Source: an uncultured Chloroflexia bacterium (GTDB taxonomy: Bacteria; Chloroflexota; Anaerolineae; Anaerolineales; UBA4823). Taken from it: DNA of 64,000 nt. Location of the stretch: positions 446,356-510,355 of the forward strand of contig CAWELB010000008.1 of the NCBI GenBank assembly GCA_963809805.1, given 5' to 3'. Of the stretch, positions 28,128 to 36,549 are shown piece by piece. The position numbers were made by a program, and so were the translations under genes. Under the pieces are notes generated by a model, which saw only the letters and a program-made list of their open reading frames with translations, was not told where the DNA came from and did no database searches. Position 1 is the stretch's first letter; the number at the start of each line of letters is the position of its first letter.

Positions 28128-29340
28128 ACTTCATAGACAGGGCTTTTTTATATGCTTCTTCCATTTGCTTTGATAGATTTTCCCAGGAGTATTTTTTAGC
28201 CTGCTCGAATCCAAGCTTCCGCAGATGATTCGCCAATTCCGTGTCACTCAATAGCCTCAGAATTGCTTTTGAAAGTGAGTTGGCATCGCCCGGTTCAGCC
28301 AGCAATCCGGCTGCAGGTTCTCCCAGGATCAATCTCCGGTCGCCCACATCCTGAGTGACGAATGGGACCCCCGCAACCCACGATTCAAACATTTTTAGTG
28401 GCAAACTGCTTCTTCCCACAGGGTTATCTATTACCGGTTCCGCGGCTGCATCAGCCAGTTTGTAATATAAGGGGACCTCTGCCCCAGGTACGCGTCCTCT
28501 AAAGATTATTGCATCTTTAAGGCCCAACCAATTTGCCCTTGCCACCAATCGGTCATATTCCTCACCTCCACCCACAATGAGCAGGGTTGCTAGTGGAAGG
28601 GCAGTATGTACTTGTTGAAAAGCATCTAAAAGAATATCCACCGGATGGCTGGGAAGACTCAGGCTGCCAATAAATGCTACCACCTTCCTCCCTACCAAAC
28701 CCAATTCCAATCGTAATTGTTCCACTCGACCCAGGTCAATTTGTGAGAATCGATCTTCATCGGTTCCGTGAGGCAAATAAATTATTCGATCCGGTTTAAC
28801 ACCAAATTCGATCACCTGTTGGCGAAGGAAATTAGTATGCACAGAAACGTAATCAACATGCCTGGGCAGCATTCTTTCGAAATACTTTACTCCCATTTTT
28901 TGCCAGCTGCCACCAAAATGGATATTTGCCATTTCAAAATCGTCGCAATCCAGGAAAACAGTTTTTCTTCTGACCATTCGGGCAATCAGCCCAGCGGTTC
29001 CGTTCATCGGGTGGGGTTTCCCAATTTGGATCACCTCGGCATTGCTCTTCCAGGCAGCTTTCACCAGCTCCCCGGTTGCCGTAATCGCTATGCCAATCAG
29101 TTTATGTGCCGGGTAATAGGTCTTAAGATTATTCTGCTTTAACACATGCATCTGGGCAACATAATTAACTTCAACCCCTTCGCTCTCAAAATGACGATTT
29201 GTCAGCGAAGTGTAATTAGCATGCAAAGCAGCGATACTCACCTGATGACCAAGCCTGGCTAACCCACGTGCCCATGGGAAATATCGACCGACTCCTGCCG
29301 GGCTCTCCAAATCCTGGGTTAGCAAGAAAAGTATCTTCAC
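28111..29340 (-). CDS. Glycosyltransferase, GT-B fold (GT4-like)
   Basis: 409 aa. N-terminal G-rich loop ESPAGVGRY. C-terminal region RGRVPG..VPLYYKLAD....LKMFESWVAGVPFVTQDVG. Confidence 0.8.
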   Translation of the reverse strand: MKILFLLTQDLESPAGVGRYFPWARGLARLGHQVSIAALHANYTSLTNRHFESEGVEVNYVAQMHVLKQNNLKTYYPAHKLIGIAITATGELVKAAWKSNAEVIQIGKPHPMNGTAGLIARMVRRKTVFLDCDDFEMANIHFGGSWQKMGVKYFERMLPRHVDYVSVHTNFLRQQVIEFGVKPDRIIYLPHGTDEDRFSQIDLGRVEQLRLELGLVGRKVVAFIGSLSLPSHPVDILLDAFQQVHTALPLATLLIVGGGEEYDRLVARANWLGLKDAIIFRGRVPGAEVPLYYKLADAAAEPVIDNPVGRSSLPLKMFESWVAGVPFVTQDVGDRRLILGEPAAGLLAEPGDANSLSKAILRLLSDTELANHLRKLGFEQAKKYSWENLSKQMEEAYKKALSMKYGNTI

Positions 29341-30488
29341 CGGATAACCTCGTTGAGGTAAGCGGTGAACCTTTTCCCATTGTGTTGCAAGTCATATTTT
29401 TCCTTGTATAACATATAGCCATTTTGGGCAATTTTGTCTCGTAATCGCTTATCCTCTGATAAGGTCAAAATCGCATCTGCCAATGCCCTTCCGGACGCCC
29501 TCTCACAAAGATAAATGCTCTCGCCGTGGGTGAAAATCTGGCGTACTGCAGTTGAATCACCACTGATCAGTGGTTTTCCCAACGCGATGGATTCATAGAT
29601 CTTGTTCTGGACCGTCATCAGAGATTGAGGCGTTGTACCAAAGGCGCCTAAACATACATCTGCCTGACTCATGCGGTTAATTAATTGATCCTTTTCCAGC
29701 CATTCGGTAAAATTAACATTGATCAGCTGATTTTCCGTTACGAATCGCTTTGCATAATCTAGCTCGGGTCCATTACCGATAAATTCAAATTGTATCGCTG
29801 GATGATCCGCCAGCAATTTTGCCGCTTCAACGATATATCTCACCCCATGATTGGGTATGAAAGTACCTGCGTATAAGACTGTGAATTTTCCATCCGTATT
29901 GTAATTTCGCTTCACTGGTGAATATATACGATCATCGGCTCCAGTAGGGACTAATCGAAAACGTGTAGGCGAAATCTTATAGGTCTGTTCAAACCAGCTT
30001 ACGTATTCACTGGTATCCAATATGAGCAGATCAGGTTGCCTCAATGCCATCCCTTCGATTCTTCGCAGCAGTCTGATCGAAAGTCGGTTCAATTTATCCA
30101 ATCCCCTTTCAATCGAAATGAGATAAATTGACATAAATACATCCCAAACCAATGGCTTATGTTTGAGCCAGGAAAGAATCCGAGCCAGAAATATATCCAA
30201 TTGCCCTGGATATCCCACTACCAGGACGTCATAATCCCCCACTTTTCGATAACTTCTCAATAACCTCAAATAAACACGGATAAATCTCCACCAAAATGAT
30301 GGTTTTATCCAATCACCGCTGGCTATACGCACTCGATCATCAATTCCGTGCCATAAGGTTTGATGGCATTCCGTGACAATGACGCCATTCAACCGTAATC
30401 CAGCAATCATCATCTGGTTGCGGCTATAATTTTCACGGTAGGTACCAAAGTAGCATACTCGCAAGGGATTATTGCTGCCCACAAGCAC
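29337..30488 (-). CDS. Glycosyltransferase, GT-B fold (GT4-like)
   Basis: 383 aa. C-terminal pattern GAFGTTPQSLMTVQNKIYESIALGKPLISGD. Shares a 4-nt overlap with the downstream gene. Confidence 0.65.
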   Translation of the reverse strand: MLVGSNNPLRVCYFGTYRENYSRNQMMIAGLRLNGVIVTECHQTLWHGIDDRVRIASGDWIKPSFWWRFIRVYLRLLRSYRKVGDYDVLVVGYPGQLDIFLARILSWLKHKPLVWDVFMSIYLISIERGLDKLNRLSIRLLRRIEGMALRQPDLLILDTSEYVSWFEQTYKISPTRFRLVPTGADDRIYSPVKRNYNTDGKFTVLYAGTFIPNHGVRYIVEAAKLLADHPAIQFEFIGNGPELDYAKRFVTENQLINVNFTEWLEKDQLINRMSQADVCLGAFGTTPQSLMTVQNKIYESIALGKPLISGDSTAVRQIFTHGESIYLCERASGRALADAILTLSEDKRLRDKIAQNGYMLYKEKYDLQHNGKRFTAYLNEVIR

Positions 30489-32979
30489 CCTCGATGGAAT
30501 AGATATACACCCTATCTTGATGATAGATCAATTGAAACACTTGATTAGTCGCTAATTCTCCTGTTGTGAACAATGGTTGCCCTGTATTGGCCACCATCCC
30601 TTGTTTTTGTCCTATATATACATGGGTAACCCCGAATTCACATAACATATTGACTGCTGGTTGAGAAACAATGGGATTGTTTTCTAATGTAGTTTCAAGT
30701 TTGACGACCTTGTCTGAATAATTTTTTGCAATTGGCACTTCATTTGAAAGCGCATACTGTGGTGGGATTGTATTTGCCCTGTGTGCCAAAATTGGTATCC
30801 ACCAACCTGCATCTGTACCAATCACATTGGTCACCCAGTTTTCGTGCATCCCCTCAATGAGAAAGAGCGAATTAACTGGAGTCTGCTCCTGGATCCAACC
30901 CATCGCCAGTATGTCCGGGCGAGTAACCAGTCCATAAGCGTTGGGATCCGCAATATTCCTCTGGTTCCATACTCCGAGTAATCCAAATCCGACCGCAAAC
31001 GCAAAGGAAATGATTGCACCAGGATTCCAATGAATCAACCTGGGTATGAGTTCGGCTGCTAAATAGCCCACCAACAACCCTGCGGGTATGTAAAGCGAGA
31101 TCACAACTGCAAAAGATTGCACATATTGTACCCAGGGAATGTGTAAGGTGATTAATGAGTATAAGCTGGCCATCATTGCGATCCACAGGCCAAGCGATGC
31201 TACCATCCAGTTACGTCTAATGATCGCCCACAACCAGCCGATACATCCGAGAATAATTATCCCTGTCGGAATATAGAATTGGATATTTCGCCAGATTTGG
31301 TAATCTTGTCTGACCAGCTCGATCATTGTATTGACTTGAGATTTAAAGTCAGCATAATTGATTAAATTACTGTGCTGCAATCGTAATCCCCATGGAAGGA
31401 ATAAAAGAATACTTATGATACCGGCCAAAAAAATCGGGAATAATTCTAGTAGCCATTTTCGTAAGCGTAGACGCCCATTCTTGATCAGCCGACCGATGCT
31501 CAATGCCATCACGAACGAGGTAATAATAAATATCATTCGGAATTCGAACAATAGCATTCCAGTGATCACTAGGGCTGTGATGAATATTTTGGCCCAGGCT
31601 AATCTGGTCCATTTACGAGATTCATCGTCCGTGGATGCAATTACAAACATATCCCACACCATCCACATGGCAACGGGTAAAAGCACTTGACCACCTAGTT
31701 GGGCATACCGTCCCCAATTGATATAAAACGCCGGCATGGGTGATAGTAATCCAGCCACAAGGACCGCAATGACCCCAGCAATTCGGTTTCCCCGCGCTAA
31801 CCTGACCGCGATTGGGTAGAGTGCCAGAGGCGCAAAAATATTTAATATCTGACCGATATATAAAACTGCCTGACTGCTGCTCAAGCCTGTGACCCATCCC
31901 ATGAGGGCAGCCGCTAACGGAAAACCAAAGTGCATGCTAAAGGTCTGGTACGGAGTATATGATAACCAGGAGTTGAACAAACCATGGTTATCCATGATCA
32001 GTTGGGTGATTTCAGTGTGATGCAACGAATCGTTCCACATGGGTGCCTCTAAGCTGCGCATCGCCCAGAAACGGGAGATAAATATCAAACCCATGATAAT
32101 GATCAGACCAAGATCCAACCAAAATGCTGGCTTTCTTTCGGTATTCTTATTTATTTTTGGACCGCGCAGATTATCCTTCGATCTGAGTGTCAATTGGAAG
32201 TGTCTGTTCTGCAAGATAAGGATTACAACTCCAGCAGTCAGTGGTATCCAGGCATACCATATCCCTAATTGGATATGCAATAGGAAAGTGAACAGCACCA
32301 GTAGTGTATATATCGCCAGGGAAGTACCGATGGAAAGCGGCAATTTTATCAACCAATGCCATTCCTTCCATCCACTCCAAAATAAGCTCAATAACGCCCA
32401 TCCAGGGATGGAGAATACAAGAAAACCAACCCCGCAGATCATTGCCCATAGCAGTCCCTGTCGAATCAGACCCATTACTACCTTACTACGGTCATAGTCG
32501 GCACTGTATGTCAGCTGAGCCTCAATGGGTTGATGATCTTGGTAAGCTGCTCCATTCTGATATGAAATAGCTGGTCCGCTTCCCACCTTCGCACTACCAG
32601 TTCCGTCTATCGATAGAAATGAATAATAGTATTGATTATTCGATGATGAGATGTTTGGAAAGTCGAATCGATAGGATCTGCTTGTTTTGATTTCTGAAAT
32701 TTGAAGTTTTACCGTAACTATATCGACAACGGAATTGGGGTCAGACCGAAGGTGCAAAGTCAAAAATCCATCCCCTGGTGATTGTGGAGCAAGCATAAAA
32801 TAAATCGCTTGCAGACCGGCATAATCAGCAACGAAAGTTTGACCTAGAGTATTGGTAGAATCAAAAGTCAACCACTGGCTGTTTACACCTTGATTTACTT
32901 CCACCCACGAAGAGCAGCTTGTCAGTAATGAAAGAATGACGAAGCCGAAAAGTATTTGGATAGATTGCCGATACTTCAT
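30469..32979 (-). CDS. Large polytopic membrane protein, probable GT-C-fold glycosyltransferase (YfhO/ArnT/PMT-like) with a lipobox signal and an N-terminal ectodomain
   Basis: 836 aa. It starts MKYRQSIQILFGFVILSLLTSC (lipobox), followed by a ~150-aa soluble domain and more than 12 hydrophobic helices. The first large loop contains MWNDSLHHTEITQLI. A C-terminal ~150-aa soluble domain follows. It lies immediately downstream of a GtrB/ArnC-type GT2. Confidence 0.5.
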   Translation of the reverse strand: MKYRQSIQILFGFVILSLLTSCSSWVEVNQGVNSQWLTFDSTNTLGQTFVADYAGLQAIYFMLAPQSPGDGFLTLHLRSDPNSVVDIVTVKLQISEIKTSRSYRFDFPNISSSNNQYYYSFLSIDGTGSAKVGSGPAISYQNGAAYQDHQPIEAQLTYSADYDRSKVVMGLIRQGLLWAMICGVGFLVFSIPGWALLSLFWSGWKEWHWLIKLPLSIGTSLAIYTLLVLFTFLLHIQLGIWYAWIPLTAGVVILILQNRHFQLTLRSKDNLRGPKINKNTERKPAFWLDLGLIIIMGLIFISRFWAMRSLEAPMWNDSLHHTEITQLIMDNHGLFNSWLSYTPYQTFSMHFGFPLAAALMGWVTGLSSSQAVLYIGQILNIFAPLALYPIAVRLARGNRIAGVIAVLVAGLLSPMPAFYINWGRYAQLGGQVLLPVAMWMVWDMFVIASTDDESRKWTRLAWAKIFITALVITGMLLFEFRMIFIITSFVMALSIGRLIKNGRLRLRKWLLELFPIFLAGIISILLFLPWGLRLQHSNLINYADFKSQVNTMIELVRQDYQIWRNIQFYIPTGIIILGCIGWLWAIIRRNWMVASLGLWIAMMASLYSLITLHIPWVQYVQSFAVVISLYIPAGLLVGYLAAELIPRLIHWNPGAIISFAFAVGFGLLGVWNQRNIADPNAYGLVTRPDILAMGWIQEQTPVNSLFLIEGMHENWVTNVIGTDAGWWIPILAHRANTIPPQYALSNEVPIAKNYSDKVVKLETTLENNPIVSQPAVNMLCEFGVTHVYIGQKQGMVANTGQPLFTTGELATNQVFQLIYHQDRVYIYSIEGACGQQ

Positions 32980-32985
32980 GGACGA

Positions 32986-33960
32986 TCAACCGGTTCTAGT
33001 AGTTTTCTCGTGAGTTTCCTTTTGATCAACCTCTAAAAAACGAACTCGGTAAAGCAATTCTTCCAATATTTTTCGGTTAAAGCCAATTAAATCTGCAACC
33101 AGACCGATTAATATCACCATAAAACCAACAATTAATAACACAGCCGCAAATATCACGGATTGGATGTGTCCGCTACCAAGTCCGACGATGTAATAATATA
33201 AAAATCTCCCTGCGAGAATTAAACCCCCAAAGATAAACAGCCCACCCAGGATTGAAAAGACTCTCAACGGGCGGTACATGGTGTAGGAACGGACTATCGT
33301 TGCGCTGGAATTCGCCAGGTAGTGCGGAATGCTTCGTATCAGCCTGGACGGTCGGGTTTGCGGATTCGTGCGTATTTTTACATACTCCACCGGCATCCTA
33401 CGCGCACCAGCCTGGATCAAGGTTTCCAATGTATAAGAATAGTCGTTTAATACCAAAGTTCGTAGAGCCGCTTCTCGCGTGAGTGCCCTGAATCCACTGG
33501 TGGCATCCGGGATATCCATTCCTGATATCCGGGCCACTACCCAGCTACCCATTCTCTGCAGCAGGCGCTTTATTGGAGAAAAGTTCTCCAACGTGGCAAC
33601 CCCGCGATCTCCAACTACGATCTGGGCTCGCCCATCAACAATCGGCTTGACCAGCAGGCATATATCTTCAGAGTGGTATTGGTTATCGGCATCCGTATTG
33701 ACGATCACATCCGCGCCATACTTTACGCAAGCATCGAGACCCGTTGTGAAGGCAGCCGCCAAACCCATATGTCCGGGCAGACTAACCAGGTGGTGGGCAC
33801 CAGCTTCTAGGGCGACCTGTGCAGTTCCGTCCGTACTGCCATCGTCAATGACCAGATACTCAATCAAGTCGAACCCATCCACGGATGTGGGCAGTGAATT
33901 TATGGTATTTGTGATTACTTGTGCTTCATTATGACAGGGGATCTGAATGATCAGCTTCAT
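32986..33960 (-). CDS. GT2 polyprenyl-phosphate glycosyltransferase (GtrB/ArnC/CsbB/Ppm-type)
   Basis: 324 aa. Motifs [17 protein letters not shown] and NTDADNQY (DXD), with two C-terminal TM helices. This architecture is typical of lipid-carrier sugar synthases. Confidence 0.85.
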   Translation of the reverse strand: MKLIIQIPCHNEAQVITNTINSLPTSVDGFDLIEYLVIDDGSTDGTAQVALEAGAHHLVSLPGHMGLAAAFTTGLDACVKYGADVIVNTDADNQYHSEDICLLVKPIVDGRAQIVVGDRGVATLENFSPIKRLLQRMGSWVVARISGMDIPDATSGFRALTREAALRTLVLNDYSYTLETLIQAGARRMPVEYVKIRTNPQTRPSRLIRSIPHYLANSSATIVRSYTMYRPLRVFSILGGLFIFGGLILAGRFLYYYIVGLGSGHIQSVIFAAVLLIVGFMVILIGLVADLIGFNRKILEELLYRVRFLEVDQKETHEKTTRTG

Positions 33961-33967
33961 ATGCTCG

Positions 33968-33976
33968 AGTATACCA
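33968..33976 (-). promoter_or_regulatory. Extended -10 promoter (TGgTATACT) of the glycan operon; predicts a leaderless mRNA
   Basis: Minus strand reads TGGTATACT, then 7 nt (cgagcat), then the ATG at 33960. No SD is present. Confidence 0.4.
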
Positions 33977-33985
33977 TTTTATCTC

Positions 33986-34013
33986 TTGTGTTTTTATGTG
34001 ATACCGCTATACT
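33986..34013 (+). promoter_or_regulatory. Candidate promoter of the orphan methylase-like gene; predicts a leaderless mRNA if the start is 34022
   Basis: TTGTGT (33986-33991), a 16-nt spacer, then TATACT (34008-34013), then 8 nt to the ATG at 34022. No SD is present. Confidence 0.35.
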
Positions 34014-34021
34014 ATTATTCA

Positions 34022-36544
34022 ATGAATACAAGTTTATTCGGCTCGATTCCTTTCATACCCGGAAGAAAGCCTGAGAATCCCGGGCCTCTATGGCGTTATC
34101 TTCCCCCGGTGCCGGAAGGCGTCACCTCTGCATGGTTAAGCAAAAATGTACCCCAATCATCCTGGATTTTGGATCCCTTTGTTGCATCTCCGCGTATTGC
34201 ATTGGAGGCTGCTCGTGCTCGATATAGAGTAATTGTCACAGCGAATAACCCAATCATCAGGTTTTTATTGGAAATGATGGCTAATCCTCCCAAAGTGGAA
34301 GAATTGAAAGGCGCTCTTGCTGATCTATCCGCCTCTTATGTGGGTGATGAGCGTACAGAACCTCATATTCGATCGCTATATAACACTTTTTGTAATCGCT
34401 GTGGGCAAATTGTTTCAGCGGATTACTTTCTTTGGGAGCATGGAAATCCTTCGCCCACGATGCGCAGTTATACATGCCCATATTGTGGAGACACCGGGGA
34501 ACATCCCTGTACCCCTGATGATGTAGAGTTATCGGGAAAATTTTCTGCAAGTGGTATTCATAAGGCACGCGCATTAGAACGCGTGGTCGCATCCACTGAC
34601 CAGGATCGGATTCATGTCGAACAAGCATTATCTGTTTATATACCCAGGGCTCTTTATGCTTTAATCACGATTATTAATAAGATCGAGGGATTAAAAATCT
34701 CACTTGAAAGCCAAAAAGTTCTGAAAGCCTTATTGCTATCCACATTTGACCAATCAAATGCCATGTGGAAAGATGCCACTCAGAAAGAAAGACGGCGTCA
34801 GCTGACCATCTCACGCCATTTTCGAGAACCCAATATTTGGTTTTTACTTGAGCAAGGGATTGATCTATGGAACCCGGGAACCATTGCGGATAATTCGGCT
34901 GAAATACCTGTGACCACCTGGCCTGAAACACCGCCCCCTACTGGGGGAATATGTATTTATGAAGGCAGATATATCACCATTGCAGATTCGTTAAAAAATA
35001 TCGACGTAGAGGCTGTGTGTTCTGCTCTTCCAAGACCCAACCAGGCATTTTGGACTTTATCAGCCTTATGGGCAGGTTGGTTGTGGGGTCGGGAAGCGGT
35101 TGGGTCATTTAAAAGTGTCTTACGCAGGCAAAGGTACGATTGGGCCTGGCATGCAAACGCCCTTGCGTCAGTCTTCAGACAATTGGCCATTACATTGAAA
35201 CCGAATACTCCTATCTTGGGATTAGTGTCTGAAGCTGAACCCGGTTTTATTTGCGCCACCTTGGTAGCTGCCGGTGTAGCTGGATGCCGTCTGGAGAATA
35301 TAGCCATCCGTCCAGAGGAGGATCAGGCCCAAATCATATGGAATTGTGAGCGCAATCCTGAATTAACGCGAATCAGCCCTTTAATCTCCCAAATAGCAGC
35401 TCAATCTGCAAAAAACTATCTAGTAAATCGGGCCGAACCAGCAAGTTACCTAAATACGATTACTTCTGCCTTTATGGGGATCGAAAAATCTTGGCGATCG
35501 CCAATTGGTGATATCTCAAGCGAAAAATCCATAACACCACCGGTGAGCGGAACCTCTCCTCCATCAGGTCAGGTTGAACCCACACCATCATTGATTTACT
35601 CCTCCACATACAATGCTACCCGGGAAGCATTATCTTACAGGTCAGGTTTTCTTCGCTATAATCTTCAAGATATCCAAATGGTGGATGCAGCCAATAAAAA
35701 TCAAGCAGTCCAATCCTCCTTATTTTCTCTTGATTTTCCTACAATTTCTACTGAAGATGATGAAGCAGATCAAACTGAACCACCAACCGTCGAAAATGAG
35801 CCTACTTCCGAAAAAGAGCGACCAACCCGATCGGGAGACGTATCTGAGTCAACCTTTTTATGGATTCGGGATATCGATGCATCCTATCATATGCCTGTTA
35901 CGGATAGCTATGAGGTAAGCCTTGTAAATTACTTGTTAAATCACTCTAATTCCACCCTTCAAGAAATTGACCTGGCAATGTGCGAACAATTTCCAGGCTT
36001 ATCCACTCCCGATTTGGATTTTGTGCGTTTATGTTTGGAGTCATATGCGCTACCAGATCCAGGCGATCACAGCCGCTGGGATATACGCCTGGAAGATCAC
36101 CCGACTGAAAGGCAGGCAGATTTATCTCACGCCATGGATTTCATCCGTCAGATTGGAGAGCGTCTAGGATTTCTGTGCTCTGAGCGTGTATCTTGTCCGG
36201 CAAGGAGATATATAACCTGGCTGGATAAAAAGGAAGAACTGGAGTATTGGTTCTATCCAACAGTTTCTACAGCCATCAGTGAGATTATCTTATACGGCGA
36301 ACAACCTCCGCTGAAAGGTTTCATCGTTCTCCCAGGAAGCCGTGCGAATTTATTGATTTACAAATTAAGGCGTGATCCTAGGATCAGTAAATCCTTTAAT
36401 CCCTCGCATGGAAATTGGAGGTTCTTAAAATTTCGGCATCTACGATCCCTGGCAGAATCCCCAATCTTAAACCGTGAGAACCTGGATCAATTACTCGGGC
36501 TTGACCCCATTACCTATTCAACACCTCAAATCTGGCTGATTTAA
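34022..36544 (+). CDS. Large cytoplasmic protein of unknown function with degenerate N6/N4-methylase-like motifs and a CxxC...CxxC zinc ribbon
   Basis: The ORF is real, being long with an uninterrupted frame. The start is either 34022 (MNTSLFG, preferred) or 33947 (track; overlaps the GT2 start and is read from promoter DNA). By-eye motifs: ILDPFVASPRIALEAARARYRVIVTANNPI, CNRCG...CPYCG, and AVCSALPRPNQAFWTLSALWAGWLW. No confident family assignment can be made. Confidence 0.5.
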   Translation: MNTSLFGSIPFIPGRKPENPGPLWRYLPPVPEGVTSAWLSKNVPQSSWILDPFVASPRIALEAARARYRVIVTANNPIIRFLLEMMANPPKVEELKGALADLSASYVGDERTEPHIRSLYNTFCNRCGQIVSADYFLWEHGNPSPTMRSYTCPYCGDTGEHPCTPDDVELSGKFSASGIHKARALERVVASTDQDRIHVEQALSVYIPRALYALITIINKIEGLKISLESQKVLKALLLSTFDQSNAMWKDATQKERRRQLTISRHFREPNIWFLLEQGIDLWNPGTIADNSAEIPVTTWPETPPPTGGICIYEGRYITIADSLKNIDVEAVCSALPRPNQAFWTLSALWAGWLWGREAVGSFKSVLRRQRYDWAWHANALASVFRQLAITLKPNTPILGLVSEAEPGFICATLVAAGVAGCRLENIAIRPEEDQAQIIWNCERNPELTRISPLISQIAAQSAKNYLVNRAEPASYLNTITSAFMGIEKSWRSPIGDISSEKSITPPVSGTSPPSGQVEPTPSLIYSSTYNATREALSYRSGFLRYNLQDIQMVDAANKNQAVQSSLFSLDFPTISTEDDEADQTEPPTVENEPTSEKERPTRSGDVSESTFLWIRDIDASYHMPVTDSYEVSLVNYLLNHSNSTLQEIDLAMCEQFPGLSTPDLDFVRLCLESYALPDPGDHSRWDIRLEDHPTERQADLSHAMDFIRQIGERLGFLCSERVSCPARRYITWLDKKEELEYWFYPTVSTAISEIILYGEQPPLKGFIVLPGSRANLLIYKLRRDPRISKSFNPSHGNWRFLKFRHLRSLAESPILNRENLDQLLGLDPITYSTPQIWLI

Positions 36545-36549
36545 CCTGC

